Positions 1 through 12,762 of a DNA stretch of 64,000 nt are shown in pieces; the stretch's first letter is position 1; each line of letters begins with the position of its first letter. This DNA comes from Octopus vulgaris (lineage: Eukaryota): the NCBI GenBank assembly GCA_951406725.2, contig OX597827.1:62310001-62374000 (forward strand), read 5' to 3'. The translations under genes were made by a program, and so were the position numbers. Below the pieces are notes generated by a model. It did not search any database, was not told where the DNA came from, and worked only from the letters and a program-made list of their open reading frames with translations.

Positions 1-45
<45 letters not shown>

Positions 46-289
46 TATATGTATGTATATGTATATATGAAGATATAATCTATCAATCGTTATAGCTCCT
101 GATTCAGAGACTGATATTCGCGCGTGTTGAATAACCATCAGATGAATAGGAATTCTTTGATTCCAGAAACTGCTAACCTTCCATAACTAAGCCTCTTATC
201 AAAGATTTATTATTCACCGGCAGTATGATACCAATCAAGGACTCTGATATTAAAATGGAAAATCCCTTCCGTTACACAATCAACAATGG

Positions 290-352
<63 letters not shown>

Positions 353-406
353 CATATTATCATATATATATATTTATACATATTATATATATGTATTTAT
401 ACATAT

Positions 407-476
<70 letters not shown>

Positions 477-490
477 TCATATATATTGGA
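1..490. repeat. (AC)n and (AT)n microsatellite blocks
   Basis: (AC)n at 1-40; degenerate (AT)n at about 292-485. Confidence 0.95.
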
Positions 491-667
491 AAATAAAACG
501 AATGGTTTATACCAAGTAGCTTACTGGTAAAGCACGAGCATTTTCACAGTGTGCGTTATGTATTTGGTCAATGAGAGAAGGAAGATGGAAGATACGAAAA
601 TTTTTATACTAAAAATTCTCGTATCTTCCAATCTTCCATCTCACATTAACCAAATTACACACACACA

Positions 668-726
<59 letters not shown>

Positions 727-771
727 ATATATACATAACGAAATGTTTGCGCCTGGCGATGTTTAAGCATA

Positions 772-1057
772 GGTAAAATTTATGTTAGTTAAAATGTTTG
801 TGACATATTTCAACTACTAGAAGGTAAATACACTGCAGCTACCGTGGAGAAAATATCTCTAATGGTAAAAGGTTTGAAAACACCCAGTGTGTTCAGCGTC
901 ACCATCTATCAGGAATCTCAGACATCGATGTTTCGAGTTTATCGACTGTTTTACCATAAGAGAAATATTTTTTTCCACAGTAACTGTAGAGAATTTGCCT
1001 TTTAGCAGTTGAAATATGCCACAGACATATTTTACCTAAACTAACCTATATTTTGCT
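772..1057. repeat. Degenerate inverted repeat / possible MITE remnant
   Basis: about 772-830 (aggtaaaatttatgttagttaaaatgtttgtgacatattttcaactactagaaggtaaat) is the imperfect reverse complement of about 986-1057. Confidence 0.5.
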
Positions 1058-1497
1058 TTCACCCTACCCACAACAATCTCTCCATCCCCTACTCCCAATT
1101 CCTCCGTCTGCACAGGCTCTGCAATGACGACCATGACTTTGAGATTCAGTCTCAACTCATGTGTCGCCACATCATCCTTCGTGGATATCCCTCACCACTA
1201 TCCTCACTGCCCTTGCCAGGGTACGTTCCGTGGACCGTGCCTCTGCTCCCTCTCCCCGTATCCGCTCCACTGTTGCTCGTCTCCCGTTCCTCATCACTTA
1301 CCACTCCTCCACCCTGTCCATCCAACGCACCATTTTCCGAGCCTTCCCGCAACTACAGTCCAACCCCTCCACCTCGCACATCTTTCCCAACCTACCCCTT
1401 CTTCCCTTCAAGCGAGCCCATAACCTGCGTGACCTCCTGGCCCACAGTTTCTTCTTTAACCCCACCTCCCAGCCTAGCTCGTTCCCCTGCCGACCAA
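1054..1497 (+). mobile_element. Penelope-like element fragment (region C-terminal to RT core), frameshifted
   Basis: Translates CFHPTHNNLSIPYSQFLRLHRLCNDDHDFEIQSQLMCRHIILRGYP, then in another frame LPFLITYHSSTLSIQRTI...FPNLPLLPFKRAHNLRDLLAHS; HP..SIPYSQFLR.RRIC and KR..NLRD.L motifs are typical of PLEs. Confidence 0.8.
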
Positions 1498-2001
1498 AGG
1501 CTTTTGTGTGGTTTTGGTAGACAGAAACTAGAAGAAGCCCGTCTACGTGGTTGTATCTTTTGTCTCTGTCCCTCATCACCGCTTAACAGCCAGTGTGGGT
1601 GTGTTTATGTCCCCGGAGCTTAGCAGCCCAGCCAAAGACACGGGCAGAATGAGCGCCAGGCTTTATACAGAAAATGTCCTGGGATAGATGTATTCGACTG
1701 TGCATCAAGAATAGTCATGAAATTGATAGAGGTAGAAATGATCGTATAAAATAGTTAAGTGAAATAGACTAAAGAATCATTATTTACATTAATCTTAGTA
1801 TAGTTAATCTTTTAGATATCCCCTTGGAATTAGATGGAAATAGATTGTACCTTTACTAAAAACACAGTGAGAAATTGTGTTATGCAAACAACATTTCTAA
1901 TTATTTGCCCAACATTCTACGAAATATATTCTTCAGTATTTCCTCATTACCGTCTGACGAACCGAGGCTTTTCGCAATTGAGTTCTAGATGAAATACAAT
2001 A

Positions 2002-2884
2002 CGAGGTACTCAAAAGTAACCGGAAGCGTTCTTTGTGGGACAAGTCCGTTGTAATTCAGGCTTCTGCCGCTAGAATCCACTTGATGCGAACCTCAGGCAT
2101 CAGTCTACCGAATGGCGTAGTCGGGTGAAGTCGTATTGCCACATGGTTCGTCTTTGCTTTGCCGTGTTTCTCCCCCGTTCGTCGATTTTTGCGATGGCTG
2201 AAACGAAGGAATAGTATGCTTCCGTGAAATTCTGTTTTCTGCTGGGGAAAATGGCAGCCGAAACAGTTGTCATACTACAAGCAACTTACAAGGATGCTGA
2301 CATGAGCAAAACACAAGTTTACAAGTGGTTTCCACGCTTTAGGAATGGTTACTTGTCGCTTGAAGACCAACCTTGTTCAGGACGACTGTCGACCTCCCGA
2401 ACGAATGAAAACATGGAAACACCATGAACTGATCTTGGAAGACCATCGCTGTACAACTGACGAACTGGTTTATACGTTTGCTGTGTCCTGGAGCTCCTGC
2501 CAACGAATTTTAAACAGGGAATTTCCAATGAAAAGAGTTGCAGCAAAATTTGAGCCTCGCTTGCTTACGGAAGATCAGCAGCAGTCAGGACGTAATGCGT
2601 GTCGTGAACTGAAGGAACAGTTGGAAGTTGATCAGGACCTTTTTCTGAAGGTCATGATTAGCGACGAAGGCTGGTGCTACGGAATTTGCAGATGTGGAAG
2701 AGGTGACGTTAAAAAGCATCGCATCGCAATGGTTCCAAGATTGCTTCGAACAGAGGAAACCGCGTCTGGACCGATGCATTGCTTCAAATGAAGAATACTT
2801 TGCAGGCCATAAAATTGTAAACATGTAAAACTAAGTGAATAAAATAATATTGCAAAGTTCCGGTTTCTTTTGGGTACTTCTTCG
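2002..2884 (+). mobile_element. Internally deleted mariner element with both TIRs
   Basis: TA-flanked TIRs (ta|cgaggtactcaaaagtaaccggaa and ttccggtttcttttgggtacttcttcg|ta); frameshifted transposase KFCFLLGKMAAETVVILQATY...VYKWFPRFRNG...EDQPCSGR...RVAAKFEPRLLT...ISDEGWCY; most of DDD domain missing. Confidence 0.9.
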
Positions 2885-3542
2885 TATATTATCCACTTCG
2901 GCGCCTCCCAGCTATGTTAGTAAACCTTAGAACAAAATTAGAAATATTTTGTGGTATAATACCTTCTTCAGTTTAAATATTAAAAACTAATATTGCCTAT
3001 CATTTTCTAAATTTCAATATCGTTTCACTTTCTGACGCATCATAAATATCTTAAGATCTTTAATGGAAACACAATTAAAGTTAGTCACTCTTGGTGTAAG
3101 TATGCTCTATAAATCAATTCAAGTCAAAAAGAATTACAAACACCAATAATACCATATCTGTCGCTACTCCTAATTGCATAGTTTCTAACAAGTATTTTAT
3201 CCACTGCAATACTTTTAAAAGATCAATAGTTTATTGTATTAAGGTGGATCTAAAGAATACCTGAGAATTTAAGTGTACACACTCACACACGCACATACCC
3301 AGACCCACATAAAACGTTGCTATTATGTTAAACTGTCGTATGTCAAAATTTGGCCAAATGCATTTTTTTTTCAATATTTAATTTTGCTTGCAGTAGCCGG
3401 TTCTTTTAGTTAAACTATCGTATCTCCAGCTGTTTCAGATGAAAATTGTCAGTGTTGTACAACGGTTCAGCATTTTTCAAAAGTGTAGTAAGCCTCACAC
3501 AGAACAGTTTTGCAAAAATATTTCTTTTATATTTTATCTTTT

Positions 3543-3978
3543 ATCTTCTACTTGTTACAGTCATCAGACTGTGGCCATGTTGGGGTACCTCTTTGTGAGC
3601 ATTTTTAGTCGAATCAATCTACCCCTGAAATATTTTGTATAGCCTGCTACCTATTCTATTGGTATTGTTGTCGAATCGCTAATTACGGGTCCTAAACACA
3701 CCAACACCAATTGCAAAGAGGGGACAAAGACAGACACAAAGACACACACAAGCGCGCGCACACACACACACGCATACGCGCGTATACGCGCAGATACATA
3801 TATGCAAATATATAGGATGGGCTTCTTTCAGTTTCCGTCTACCAAATCCACTCACAAGGTTTTGGTCGGCACGAGGCTATAGTAGACGACACTCGTCCAA
3901 GGTGCCACGCAGTGGGACTGAACCCGGAACCATGTGGTTGAGAAGTAAACTTCTTACCACACTGTCACGCCTGCGCCT
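3543..3978 (-). mobile_element. tRNA-derived SINE family A copy
   Basis: Minus strand head AGGCGCAGG...GTGGTAAG...GGTTCCGGGTTCAGTCCC (Pol III A/B-box-like), internal (AC)/(AT) tract and family tail; many other copies in the window. Confidence 0.85.
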
Positions 3979-4015
3979 ATCCATCCATCCATCCATCCAT
4001 CCATCCATCCATCCA

Positions 4016-4060
<45 letters not shown>

Positions 4061-4721
4061 ATCTATCTCTATCAATCTATCTATCTGTTGTGTGTGTGTG
4101 AGTGCGTGTATGTGAGTTTGTGTTGTGGATTGGATTGTGTGTGTGTACGTGTGTGTATGTACATATATGTGCATATACATATTCATATACACGCTATAAT
4201 GTTTGCTGCTAAGTATGTACTATACTAAAATGTACTAAGTGATCCCTTTTAATGTTAAATTTTTTACATATTAAAACAATTTATTATTAAGCTGAAGGAT
4301 TACTCAATACGTTTCCACTGCCAACACCTTCCTCGTTCGTGCGCGCGCACACACACCTTACTTTATGTATGTAAAGCGATATTATGAAATCATTTAATAA
4401 GTATGTTTCATCTATGCGTAATATATGACGGGAAATGCATCCATTACGTAAATACGTAATGGGTGCATTTCATTTTATGCATCACAAAATTGCTTGGATT
4501 TTGTTCCCTGTGTCACAGAACAATATCCGGTCTGTTATGTTTGCTCCGAATTCCTGTTTTTATTGGAGTTTTCCAATAGAATTCCTTGTTTTTAAAAGTG
4601 TGAATACGTGCTAGTTCTGACATGCCTTTCATGTATACATCAAGGCAATTCTTCCTGTGGATAGCGTTGTAAACAGTCTTTGAAATATACCATGCCTCAA
4701 GGGCAGGTAGTATCTCGTAAA

Positions 4722-4790
4722 CCAGGGCTGGCCATCCTGAGGCCCGCGGGATGCATGCGGCCCACAGACGTATATCTTGCGATCCGCTTG
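4722..4790 (+). mobile_element. hAT-like terminal remnant
   Basis: cagggctggccatcctgaggcccgcgggatgcatgcggccc resembles hAT/Charlie-type subterminal GCGGCCC repeats; short. Confidence 0.4.
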
Positions 4791-5196
4791 ATACTTTCTT
4801 GAATAGGGTTTATTTAAACAAACATATAAAAAAAATTATCGAAAATTAAAGATTTTAATGAAAAGTAAAAAAGAAAGATAATACTGTTTTGCAAAGATAG
4901 TATTTCATGTTGAATCAACGATCTTTCATTCATTATTGTAGTAATAGCATGAGAGAGCAAAATACTTTCAATTCTCTCGGTATACAAGAGGCCCTCAAAA
5001 GTCTTTCTGTGATTAAAGTGGCCCGTAATGTAATTTGAGCTGGCCAGGCCTGTCGTAGACATTTTGAAGTAGCTGCTGATGATATGGGTGATATCTTCCA
5101 CACTGGTATAACAGAATCGATATTTTTTTTTTATCACAAACGGGAGGTTTGGTGATATGTTTCTCTCTCTTGTTTATCGGGTATTTAGTCTCTTGT

Positions 5197-5843
5197 GCCT
5201 GCATAGTGAAGGTAATGAAACTAGCTAGAAAAGTATCTTCATCGACTTCAAACAGTTCCAGATTGCTCGTGGACAAAATGCACCTAGTGCGTTTCTGTCA
5301 GGGGTCAAAAGGCGAGGGACCCGAGAACCCAAGTTCTCTTGCCACAATGTTGTCTGCTCTTTCAGTTGAGATGCCCATTCTCTCGGCTATCTGATGACAT
5401 GATGTTCGGCGATCTTGCATTATCATACCAAGAGAAAGGTCAAAGTTATCCTTGGTGGTTGCAGTTGGAGGTCTTCCTGGTCTGGGATCATCTTCCACAC
5501 TCTCCCTGCCACGCTTGAATTCATTTACCCAGCGTTTGACTGTTGCATATGAAGGAGCATTGTCTGTTAAGGTTTTTACCATATCTTCATGAGTTTCTGG
5601 TGGAGTTATGCCTTTCAAATGAAGATATTTTATGACAGCACGATATTCAGTTTTCTCCATTTTCCTTGTAACCTCGACAATTGTTTATTAAAAAATCTGT
5701 AACAAAAAATAAAAAAATAAATTAAAAATATCATGAAAATAAGCAAGAATATTCCGAAAAAGACTGTACTTACCAGAAAAATTTGTTTCAGCTATCTAGC
5801 AGCCCTGTTTCTAGGTTAGGCTCCAAACTTTTCGTACACCCTC
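5197..5843 (-). mobile_element. mariner 5' half (TIR + HTH domain)
   Basis: ORF 5298-5660 MEKTEYRAVIKYLHLKG...YATVKRWVNEFKRGRESVEDDPRPGRP...DRR...IAERMGIS; TIR-like cgagggtgtacgaaaagtt at about 5843. Confidence 0.9.
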
Positions 5844-5854
5844 GTGTGTGTTTA

Positions 5855-5900
<46 letters not shown>

Positions 5901-6875
5901 TATGTATATGTGTGTGTGCGTGTGTGTGTGTGTGTATGTATTTATTCGTCTATCAGTCTCTGTGTCTATCTCTATCTGTCTTTACATCCACCCATACACG
6001 CATATATATGTGTACGTGTGTGTGTGTGTGTGTGTGTTAGTATCTGTACATATTGTTGCGTATCTATCTATCTACCTACCTGTATATATATATATATATA
6101 TATATGTGCGTATCATGTATAGATGCTTTTATGTAAGCATGTATGTTAGCATACGCGTATGTGTGTATTCGTGTGTGTGTGGCTGTTTTCTTCCATTTGA
6201 TACCATACAAAAAAAATTCCAAATCGATAAAACTAAGTTCTGATGAACGAAAATTGGAACGAGGTGGAGGAAGAAAAAGTTGAATTGAAAATTTATAAAA
6301 ACGATAATGAATAACCAACGTTGAAACTAGAACTCGTATCTAAATTCAACAAAGAAAACTAAAATAAAACCCCTTAAAGTTTTAATTCGAATCGATAGCA
6401 ATTTGTATTTATTTGTTTATTCATTTATTTATTTATTTATTTATTTTCGAAATTTTACATCAAGTTCGAATTCCAATTTTATATTCACCCTACTCTAATT
6501 TTCGTTTATAAATTAGAAATTTCAAACAGAAAAATTGACAATGAATAAATAAATAAATAAATATATAAATGAAATCGAAAAATAACATAAAATATATGGT
6601 TAGTATTGGCGCACGTTGTGTGACAACGCGGCGCTGGCGCGGCTGTGTTGTTACAAAAGTTTGTTTCCTAATCACGTGGTTCCAGGTTCAGACTCCCTTG
6701 GTAAAAAAACTTGGGCAAGTGTCTTCTACCCTTTTCACTTATTACATTTGACTTCATCGTTTTCTGTTATTCGTTTTCCGTTTATTTTTAACCTTCCACG
6801 TTTTCTATATGCTTCTTTCTCAACTTTTCGCTTTTCTTCTCGCATTCAATTTTTAGTTCGTTACGATATGTGTTT

Positions 6876-6934
6876 TGCACCTGATGAATATATATTTGAG
6901 GCATTTCTCAACACATGAAACTATTAGTAGCACA
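6876..6934 (+). ncRNA. Degenerate hammerhead-like motif
   Basis: CTGATGA (6881-6887), partial stem II (ttgag...ctcaa), GAAA (6917-6920), CTA-T-TAG, TA; helix I out of register. Confidence 0.4.
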
Positions 6935-7020
6935 TAAAAAAAAGCGTTGTATCTATTAAGTAATATTTATCAGATGGAGTACTCTTTTTGTTGATCTTAC
7001 CATCACAAAACAGTGTACTA

Positions 7021-7453
7021 TCTATTATATAACATCCGTTCTGTCTGTCAGTGTGTGTGTGTGTGTCTTCTAGAATCTCAGGCATCCTCCATCTGATTGC
7101 GCTCAAATTTGATATGTAGACACAGACGGTATCAGGGCATATATAAGTCTTGAAAAAAATTACAAAAATCGATTCCAGGTGAGAACGCGATCGATAAAGT
7201 CGTGGGACCATGCATTTGTACGCGCAAGTACAACAGCTGTTGCGATCGATATTACGCATACGCGAGAAAGATGCACGTGCAGTTTGCGCAAAAAAAGCCG
7301 GCCTGTTGGTGTCTCAAATTTAGCTTGAATCAGTGTTTCTCAAAGAGGAGGCCTATGGGACGGTTGAACAAGTTGTTTTGAGAAAATTTGATTTAAATGT
7401 TTGACAACTCAGCACCGTCAATTGGACGGTGAGGGGGGGGAGCGTTTTGCTCG
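7021..7453 (+). mobile_element. Non-autonomous Helitron-like element (degenerate)
   Basis: A|TCTATTATATAA start followed by (TCTG)/(GT) microsatellite; ends CTCG|T (CTAG-like); architecture parallels the cleaner copy at 53933-54320. Confidence 0.5.
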
Positions 7454-7474
7454 TATATATATATACTTTCATTT

Positions 7475-7680
7475 TTCTTATTTGTTTACACGTTTCAGTT
7501 ATTTGACTGCGGCCATGTTGGAGCATCGCCTTATAGGATGTTAGTCGAAGAAATCGACACCAGGACTTATTCTATGTAAGCCTAGTGCTTATTCTATCGG
7601 TCTCTTTTGCCGAACCGCTATGTTACGGTTGACATAAACGCACGCACCACCATCAGTTGACAAAGCAATGGCGGAAGAGA
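7475..7680 (-). mobile_element. SINE family A, 3' part
   Basis: tttcagttatttgactgcggccatgttggagcatcgcc...ttattctatcggtctcttttgccgaaccgcta matches other copies. Confidence 0.8.
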
Positions 7681-7682
7681 AA

Positions 7683-7714
<32 letters not shown>

Positions 7715-7759
7715 TACACACACACACATAATTTTTTTTCAGAATGAGATAAAAAAACA

Positions 7760-7942
7760 AGGCTATAAGACCTATTTATGAATGTTGTAAACTCTTCACA
7801 GCCTTGGTATTTTTTAACTCATTCTGAAAAAAAAATCATATATACACATGCTGATATATGGCCTACGTTGGACTCCTTCTTCGGTGATCACCGAACCTGG
7901 AGCTTAACTATGGTCTATCCATAGCACATACTCAGCATTACT
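7760..7942 (+). repeat. Short interspersed repeat, probable PLE terminal (pLTR) family; also at about 37590-37825 and 48340-48580
   Basis: Shared cagccttg...tatacacacgctga...tcaccgaacctggaacttaactatggtctatctgtagcac; the 48 kb copy carries an HHR-like motif. Confidence 0.6.
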
Positions 7943-7950
7943 ATCTATCT

Positions 7951-8296
7951 GAAATTTAAAACAGAGGGTTACCTACTTGCAAACAAATGTGGTAACATGT
8001 AACAATATTGACCGAGGTTGCCGTGGTCTTTCCGTAGGCTTTTCTTCCCACGGATAAACCTTACCTGCTTCCCCCTTTACACTTTACATCAAGATACTGT
8101 GATACACGATCCCTATTGATCGTTTTTTTTCTTTGTTTCTTTTCTTTTTTTTTTCTTCTTCTTCTCCTTTCCTTTTACGATCCCTTTTGATCGAAAACCT
8201 ATCCCACCTTTTTATCTTCTTTCCCCCAAAAGAAAAGCTCTACTTTGTAATCTGTCCCGTCCGTGTGCAGCCCTGTGTGGCTAATAAAGAAACATA
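7951..8296 (+). mobile_element. 3' end of a non-LTR retrotransposon (family also at about 13945-14165 minus and 54727-55205)
   Basis: Three 5'-truncated copies share the 3' end ...tgtgcagccctgtgtggctaataaagaaac; flanked by (TATC)n here. Confidence 0.7.
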
Positions 8297-8302
8297 TCTA
8301 TG

Positions 8303-8339
<37 letters not shown>

Positions 8340-8380
8340 TATCTACTATCTATCTATCTATCTATCTATCTAATCTATCT

Positions 8381-8473
<93 letters not shown>

Positions 8474-8601
8474 TTGTCTCTCTGTCTGTCTGTATTCCGT
8501 ATATATGTATGTTGTAAACACACATGTACATACACACACATGTACATACACACACACATACATACATACATACATACATACATGCATGCATACATACATA
8601 G

Positions 8602-8638
<37 letters not shown>

Positions 8639-8720
8639 GTGTGCATGTATGTTTGCAATATACATATATACATATATATATATATGTATATGTAAGTATG
8701 TATATATATGTATGTATACG

Positions 8721-8751
<31 letters not shown>

Positions 8752-9109
8752 TAACACATATATGTATATTAACACAATATACATATATGTATATATGTAT
8801 ATTGCAAACACACATACTCTCTCTCTCACATATACATACACACCACATACACACATAAACGCGCGCGCACACACACGTACACGCACACGCTAATACATGC
8901 ACATAGCGAATTTACCTGTAGGGCAGTTCTGATTTGGTAACTTGATAATCCAATATGATATTCAAAAGGATTCTTATCTTCAGAAATTAACATTTCAAAT
9001 TCAGAACCCAATTTAGAAGCATCGAGACATACACTAGTCTCTTACAGGTAACTCGAGCAAGAATGTTGCAATAAAAATACCTTATAATTAGAGTATTCCC
9101 CCTGTATAA

Positions 9110-10160
9110 CAGATACAAAGCCTGGAATGTGGGGGAGGAGTATAGTTGATTTCATCAACCCCAGTACTCAACTGGTACTTAATATATCGATCCGGAAAGG
9201 ATGAAAACTAAAGTTGACCTCGGCGGAATTTGAACTCAGAACGTAGTGACGGGCGAGGTGGCAGAAACGATAGCACACCGGGCGAAATACTTAATCCGTT
9301 TGTTAGTCCTTGTTTGTCTCCTCTGTGTGTATCCCCTTGTGGGCAGTAAATAAATAGGTATTTCGTCTGCCGCTACCTTCTGAGTTCAAATTCTGCCGAG
9401 GTCGACTTTGCCTTTCATCCTTTCGGGGTCGATTAAATAAGTACCAATTACGCACTGGGGTCGATATAATTGACTTAATCTGTTCGTTTGTCCTTGTTTG
9501 TCTCCTCTATATTTAGCCCCTTCTGGGCAGTAAAAAAATAGGTATTTCGTCTGCCGCTACCTTCTGAGTTCAAATTCCGCCGAGGTCGACTTTGCCTTTC
9601 ATCCTTTCGGGGTCGATTAAATAAGTACCAGTTACGCACTGGGGTCGATATAATTGACTTAATCCGTTCGTCTGTCCTTGTTTGTCTCCTCTATATTTAG
9701 CCCCCTCTGGGCAGTAAATAAATAGGTATTTCGTCTGCCGCTACGTTTTGAGTTCAAATTCCGCCGAGGTCGACTTTGCCTTTCATCCTTTCGGGGTCGA
9801 TTAAATAAGTACCAGTTACGCACTGGGGTCGATATAATTGACTTAATCCGTTTGTCTGTTCTTGTTTGTCTCCTCTATATTTAGCCCCTTCTGGGCAGTA
9901 AATAAATAGGTATTTCGTCAGCCTCTACGTTCTGAGTTCAAATTCCGCCGAGGTCGACTTTGCCTTTCATCCTTTCGGGGTCGATTAAATAAGTACCTGT
10001 TACACACTGGGGTCGATATAATCGACTTAATCCGTTCGTCTGTCCTTGTTTGTCTCCTCTATGTTTAGCCCCTTCTGGGCAGTAAAGAAATAAGAACGTA
10101 GTGATGGGCAAAATGCCGCTAAGCATTTCTTTCAGCGCGCTAATGATTCTTCCAGCTTAC
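9110..10160 (-). mobile_element. SINE family B copy (9110-9256 + 10093-10160) split by an inserted SINE-B array
   Basis: Both halves are contiguous in the family consensus; duplicated agaacgtagtga(c/t)gggc(g/a)a at 9238-9256 and 10093-10111. Confidence 0.75.
9257..10092 (+). mobile_element. SINE family B tandem array, 184-bp period (about 4 units plus partial head)
   Basis: ggtatttcgtc recurs at 9357, 9541, 9725, 9909; units carry B-box-like GAGTTCAAATTCC and GCCTTTCATCCTTTCGGGGTCGAT...AAGTACCAG (resembles the MetaSINE central domain). Confidence 0.9.
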
Positions 10161-10184
10161 TGTCTTAGATAAAGCTATCAATAA

Positions 10185-10615
10185 TCCTTTTCTGTTAAAG
10201 GCACAAGGCCTGAAATTTGGAGGAGTGGGGTATAGTCGATTACATCGACCCCAGTACTCAACTGGTACTTAATTTGTCGACACCGAAAGGATGACAGGTA
10301 AAGTCGACCTCGGCGGAATTTGAACTCAGAAACATAACGACGGGCGAAACACTTCTAAGCATTTCGTCCAGCGTGCTAACGTTTCTGCCAGGTCACCGCC
10401 TTTATATTAGTAGCACGCCGGGCGAAATGCTTAGCGGTATTTCGTCTGCCGTTACGTTCTGAGTTCAAATTCCGCCGAGGTCGACTTTGCCTTTCATCCT
10501 TTCGGGGTCGATCAATTAAGTACCAGTTACGCACCGGGATCGATATAATCGACTTAACCCGTTTGTCCTAGTTTGTCCCGTCTGTGTTTGGCTCCTTGTG
10601 GGCAATAAAGAAACA
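10185..10615. mobile_element. Two head-to-head SINE family B copies (10185-10400 minus, 10408-10615 plus)
   Basis: Direct match to the family B sequence. Confidence 0.85.
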
Positions 10616-11281
10616 TATATTAGAACGAATAATATAACAGCTCGTTAGGCGGAAAATGGTCAGATGTCTACTCAAAGGATAATGCGAACCACGCATCTAA
10701 AGCAGGTGTTCTCAATCTTTTATTGCTATGGACCCCTTTAATTACTATTTTATTCTGGTAGACCCCCATAGCCTTGCGATGTTTAAAATCTAGTTTTATA
10801 GAAACTTCTCTCAAAATTCCTATTTTTGTTTTCACACATTAACTTGTTTAGGCTGAATTGTATACATATTAGAGAAAGAAACCTAGCTGTTTCTTCTAAT
10901 GCACACCAATACACACATACATACTTTTTTGGGCTCCTTAAAATAGTATTGAGGATCTTCAATTTACTGTTGAAGGGTTTAGTCGAGCAAATCGGACCCA
11001 GTGCTTATATTTTTTTTAAAGGCTGGTACTTATTCTGTCGGTCTCTTTTATCGAACCGCTAATTGACGGAGACATGTGCACAGCGTCAATATTGCTTGTC
11101 TAGTGGCGCAGTATAAACACAACACAAACACAGAAAACCGTACACACACAGCAACACCCACACACCCACACGCATATATACATGTAAGTATGTATGCATA
11201 TAAGTATGTAAAAATGTATGTATGTATGTATGTATGTATTTATCAATGTCTCTCTCGCTCTCTATATATACACATATATAC

Positions 11282-11356
<75 letters not shown>

Positions 11357-11955
11357 TACAAAGTTATTCATTTGCAGATGAGGAGGGGAAAATGAGTATT
11401 TTGCTTAGGAGCACAACACACCGTCCGTCCCAGGAATCGAAATCACGATCTTTTGATTGTGTGTGTAAATCTCCTAAGTTCTTGACCATGCACCTTCTTA
11501 ATATGCAACATAACTACGATAAACTCTACGTGATAGTCATGACTGGAATGTCTTTGGTCATAAATCTGCTCAACCAGACTTGACTTTAGGAGAAAAACAA
11601 CAGTGGTAGCAATAATAACAACACAAACTCTTCATTAATTCTATCTGAAGGATAAACATTTTCTGGCATTTCTTAATTCCTTGGAAAGATTTTAATCCTT
11701 AGCAGCATCTCCTGCCAAGAGAAATGCCAGAAAACTTTTCCTAGTCGTTCGTGCAACTGTCCTCTTTAGCGTTCTTACTTCAAGCAGAGAGAGATTTTGT
11801 TTTATTACATGGATGCCTTCTATTATAATATCGATAGAGAATGTTTCATTTAAAACAAATAAACACATACAATGAATAGATATCGCGGAGAAGTAAATCT
11901 GAAATTATACAGGTTACCTTCAAAAAAGTATAGACCTGTTTAATAATTATGAAGT

Positions 11956-12350
11956 CCAGTTCGAATATTATAAGAGGACGTTCAGACTTGTAAACAAGCC
12001 ATTCACTGTGTTTTGTCATTGAATTTTTAATCATCACCGTTTAGCGTACTTATCCCGTAATTTAATTACGATGAGCTGTCGATTTGCGCTACCAGCCGAC
12101 ATATGTTGACTGGAAGAACATGAGAGATTGGCTCTTTTATCAGCTCGTAGAGCCACTGCTCGGTTTCTGTGACTGAAGAGGAGATAAGCACTCCGAAATG
12201 CTAGCATTTCACAGTCTGGATAAGTGACGCTGCGAGCTGATTTGGCTGTATTTTACACTATAATGTCTACAGCGCGAAATATTCTTCAAGACCAATACGG
12301 TGAATGGCTTGCATACAAGTCCGAACGTTCTCTTAGCATATTCGAACTGG
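11956..12350. repeat. About 68-bp imperfect inverted repeat pair
   Basis: 11956-12023 is the reverse complement of 12285-12350; each arm is followed by atcaccg(t/c)ttagcg...ccc in direct orientation. Confidence 0.7.
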
Positions 12351-12579
12351 TATTTACAGTGCATTTTTACTTATCACCGCTTAGCGCACGTACCCTTTGA
12401 TATAAAGTCAGTGTTTATTAAAATGCATTTCATTTTCAAAATTTAATAGCATTTGTTGACAGAATGGAAGTTTTAAAGACCGCCTTCAACTGCATTTTCA
12501 AATTTCTGGTAGCCCTTTATGATGAATTTCCTATGCTGGAAGCTTAGTGCAGTTCACTTTATTATGTCAGTGGGCCTAA

Positions 12580-12762
12580 AAGGCAGCGAGCTGGCAGAAT
12601 CATTAACACGCCGGGTAAAATGCTCAGCGGCGTTTCATTCACCTTTACGTTCTAAGTTCAAATTCTGCCGAGGTCGATTTTGCCATTTATCGTTTCGGGG
12701 TTGAAAACTGGGGTCGATGTAATCGATTTACTTCTCCAAAGTTGTTGGCCTTGTGCCAAAAT
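12580..12762 (+). mobile_element. SINE family B copy
   Basis: aaggcagcgagctggcagaatcattaacacgccggg...gttcaaattctgccgaggtcga. Confidence 0.8.

Noticed and set aside
9340-10092. CRISPR-like array
   Set aside because: Units are wholly repeated SINE sequence with no unique spacers; eukaryotic context.
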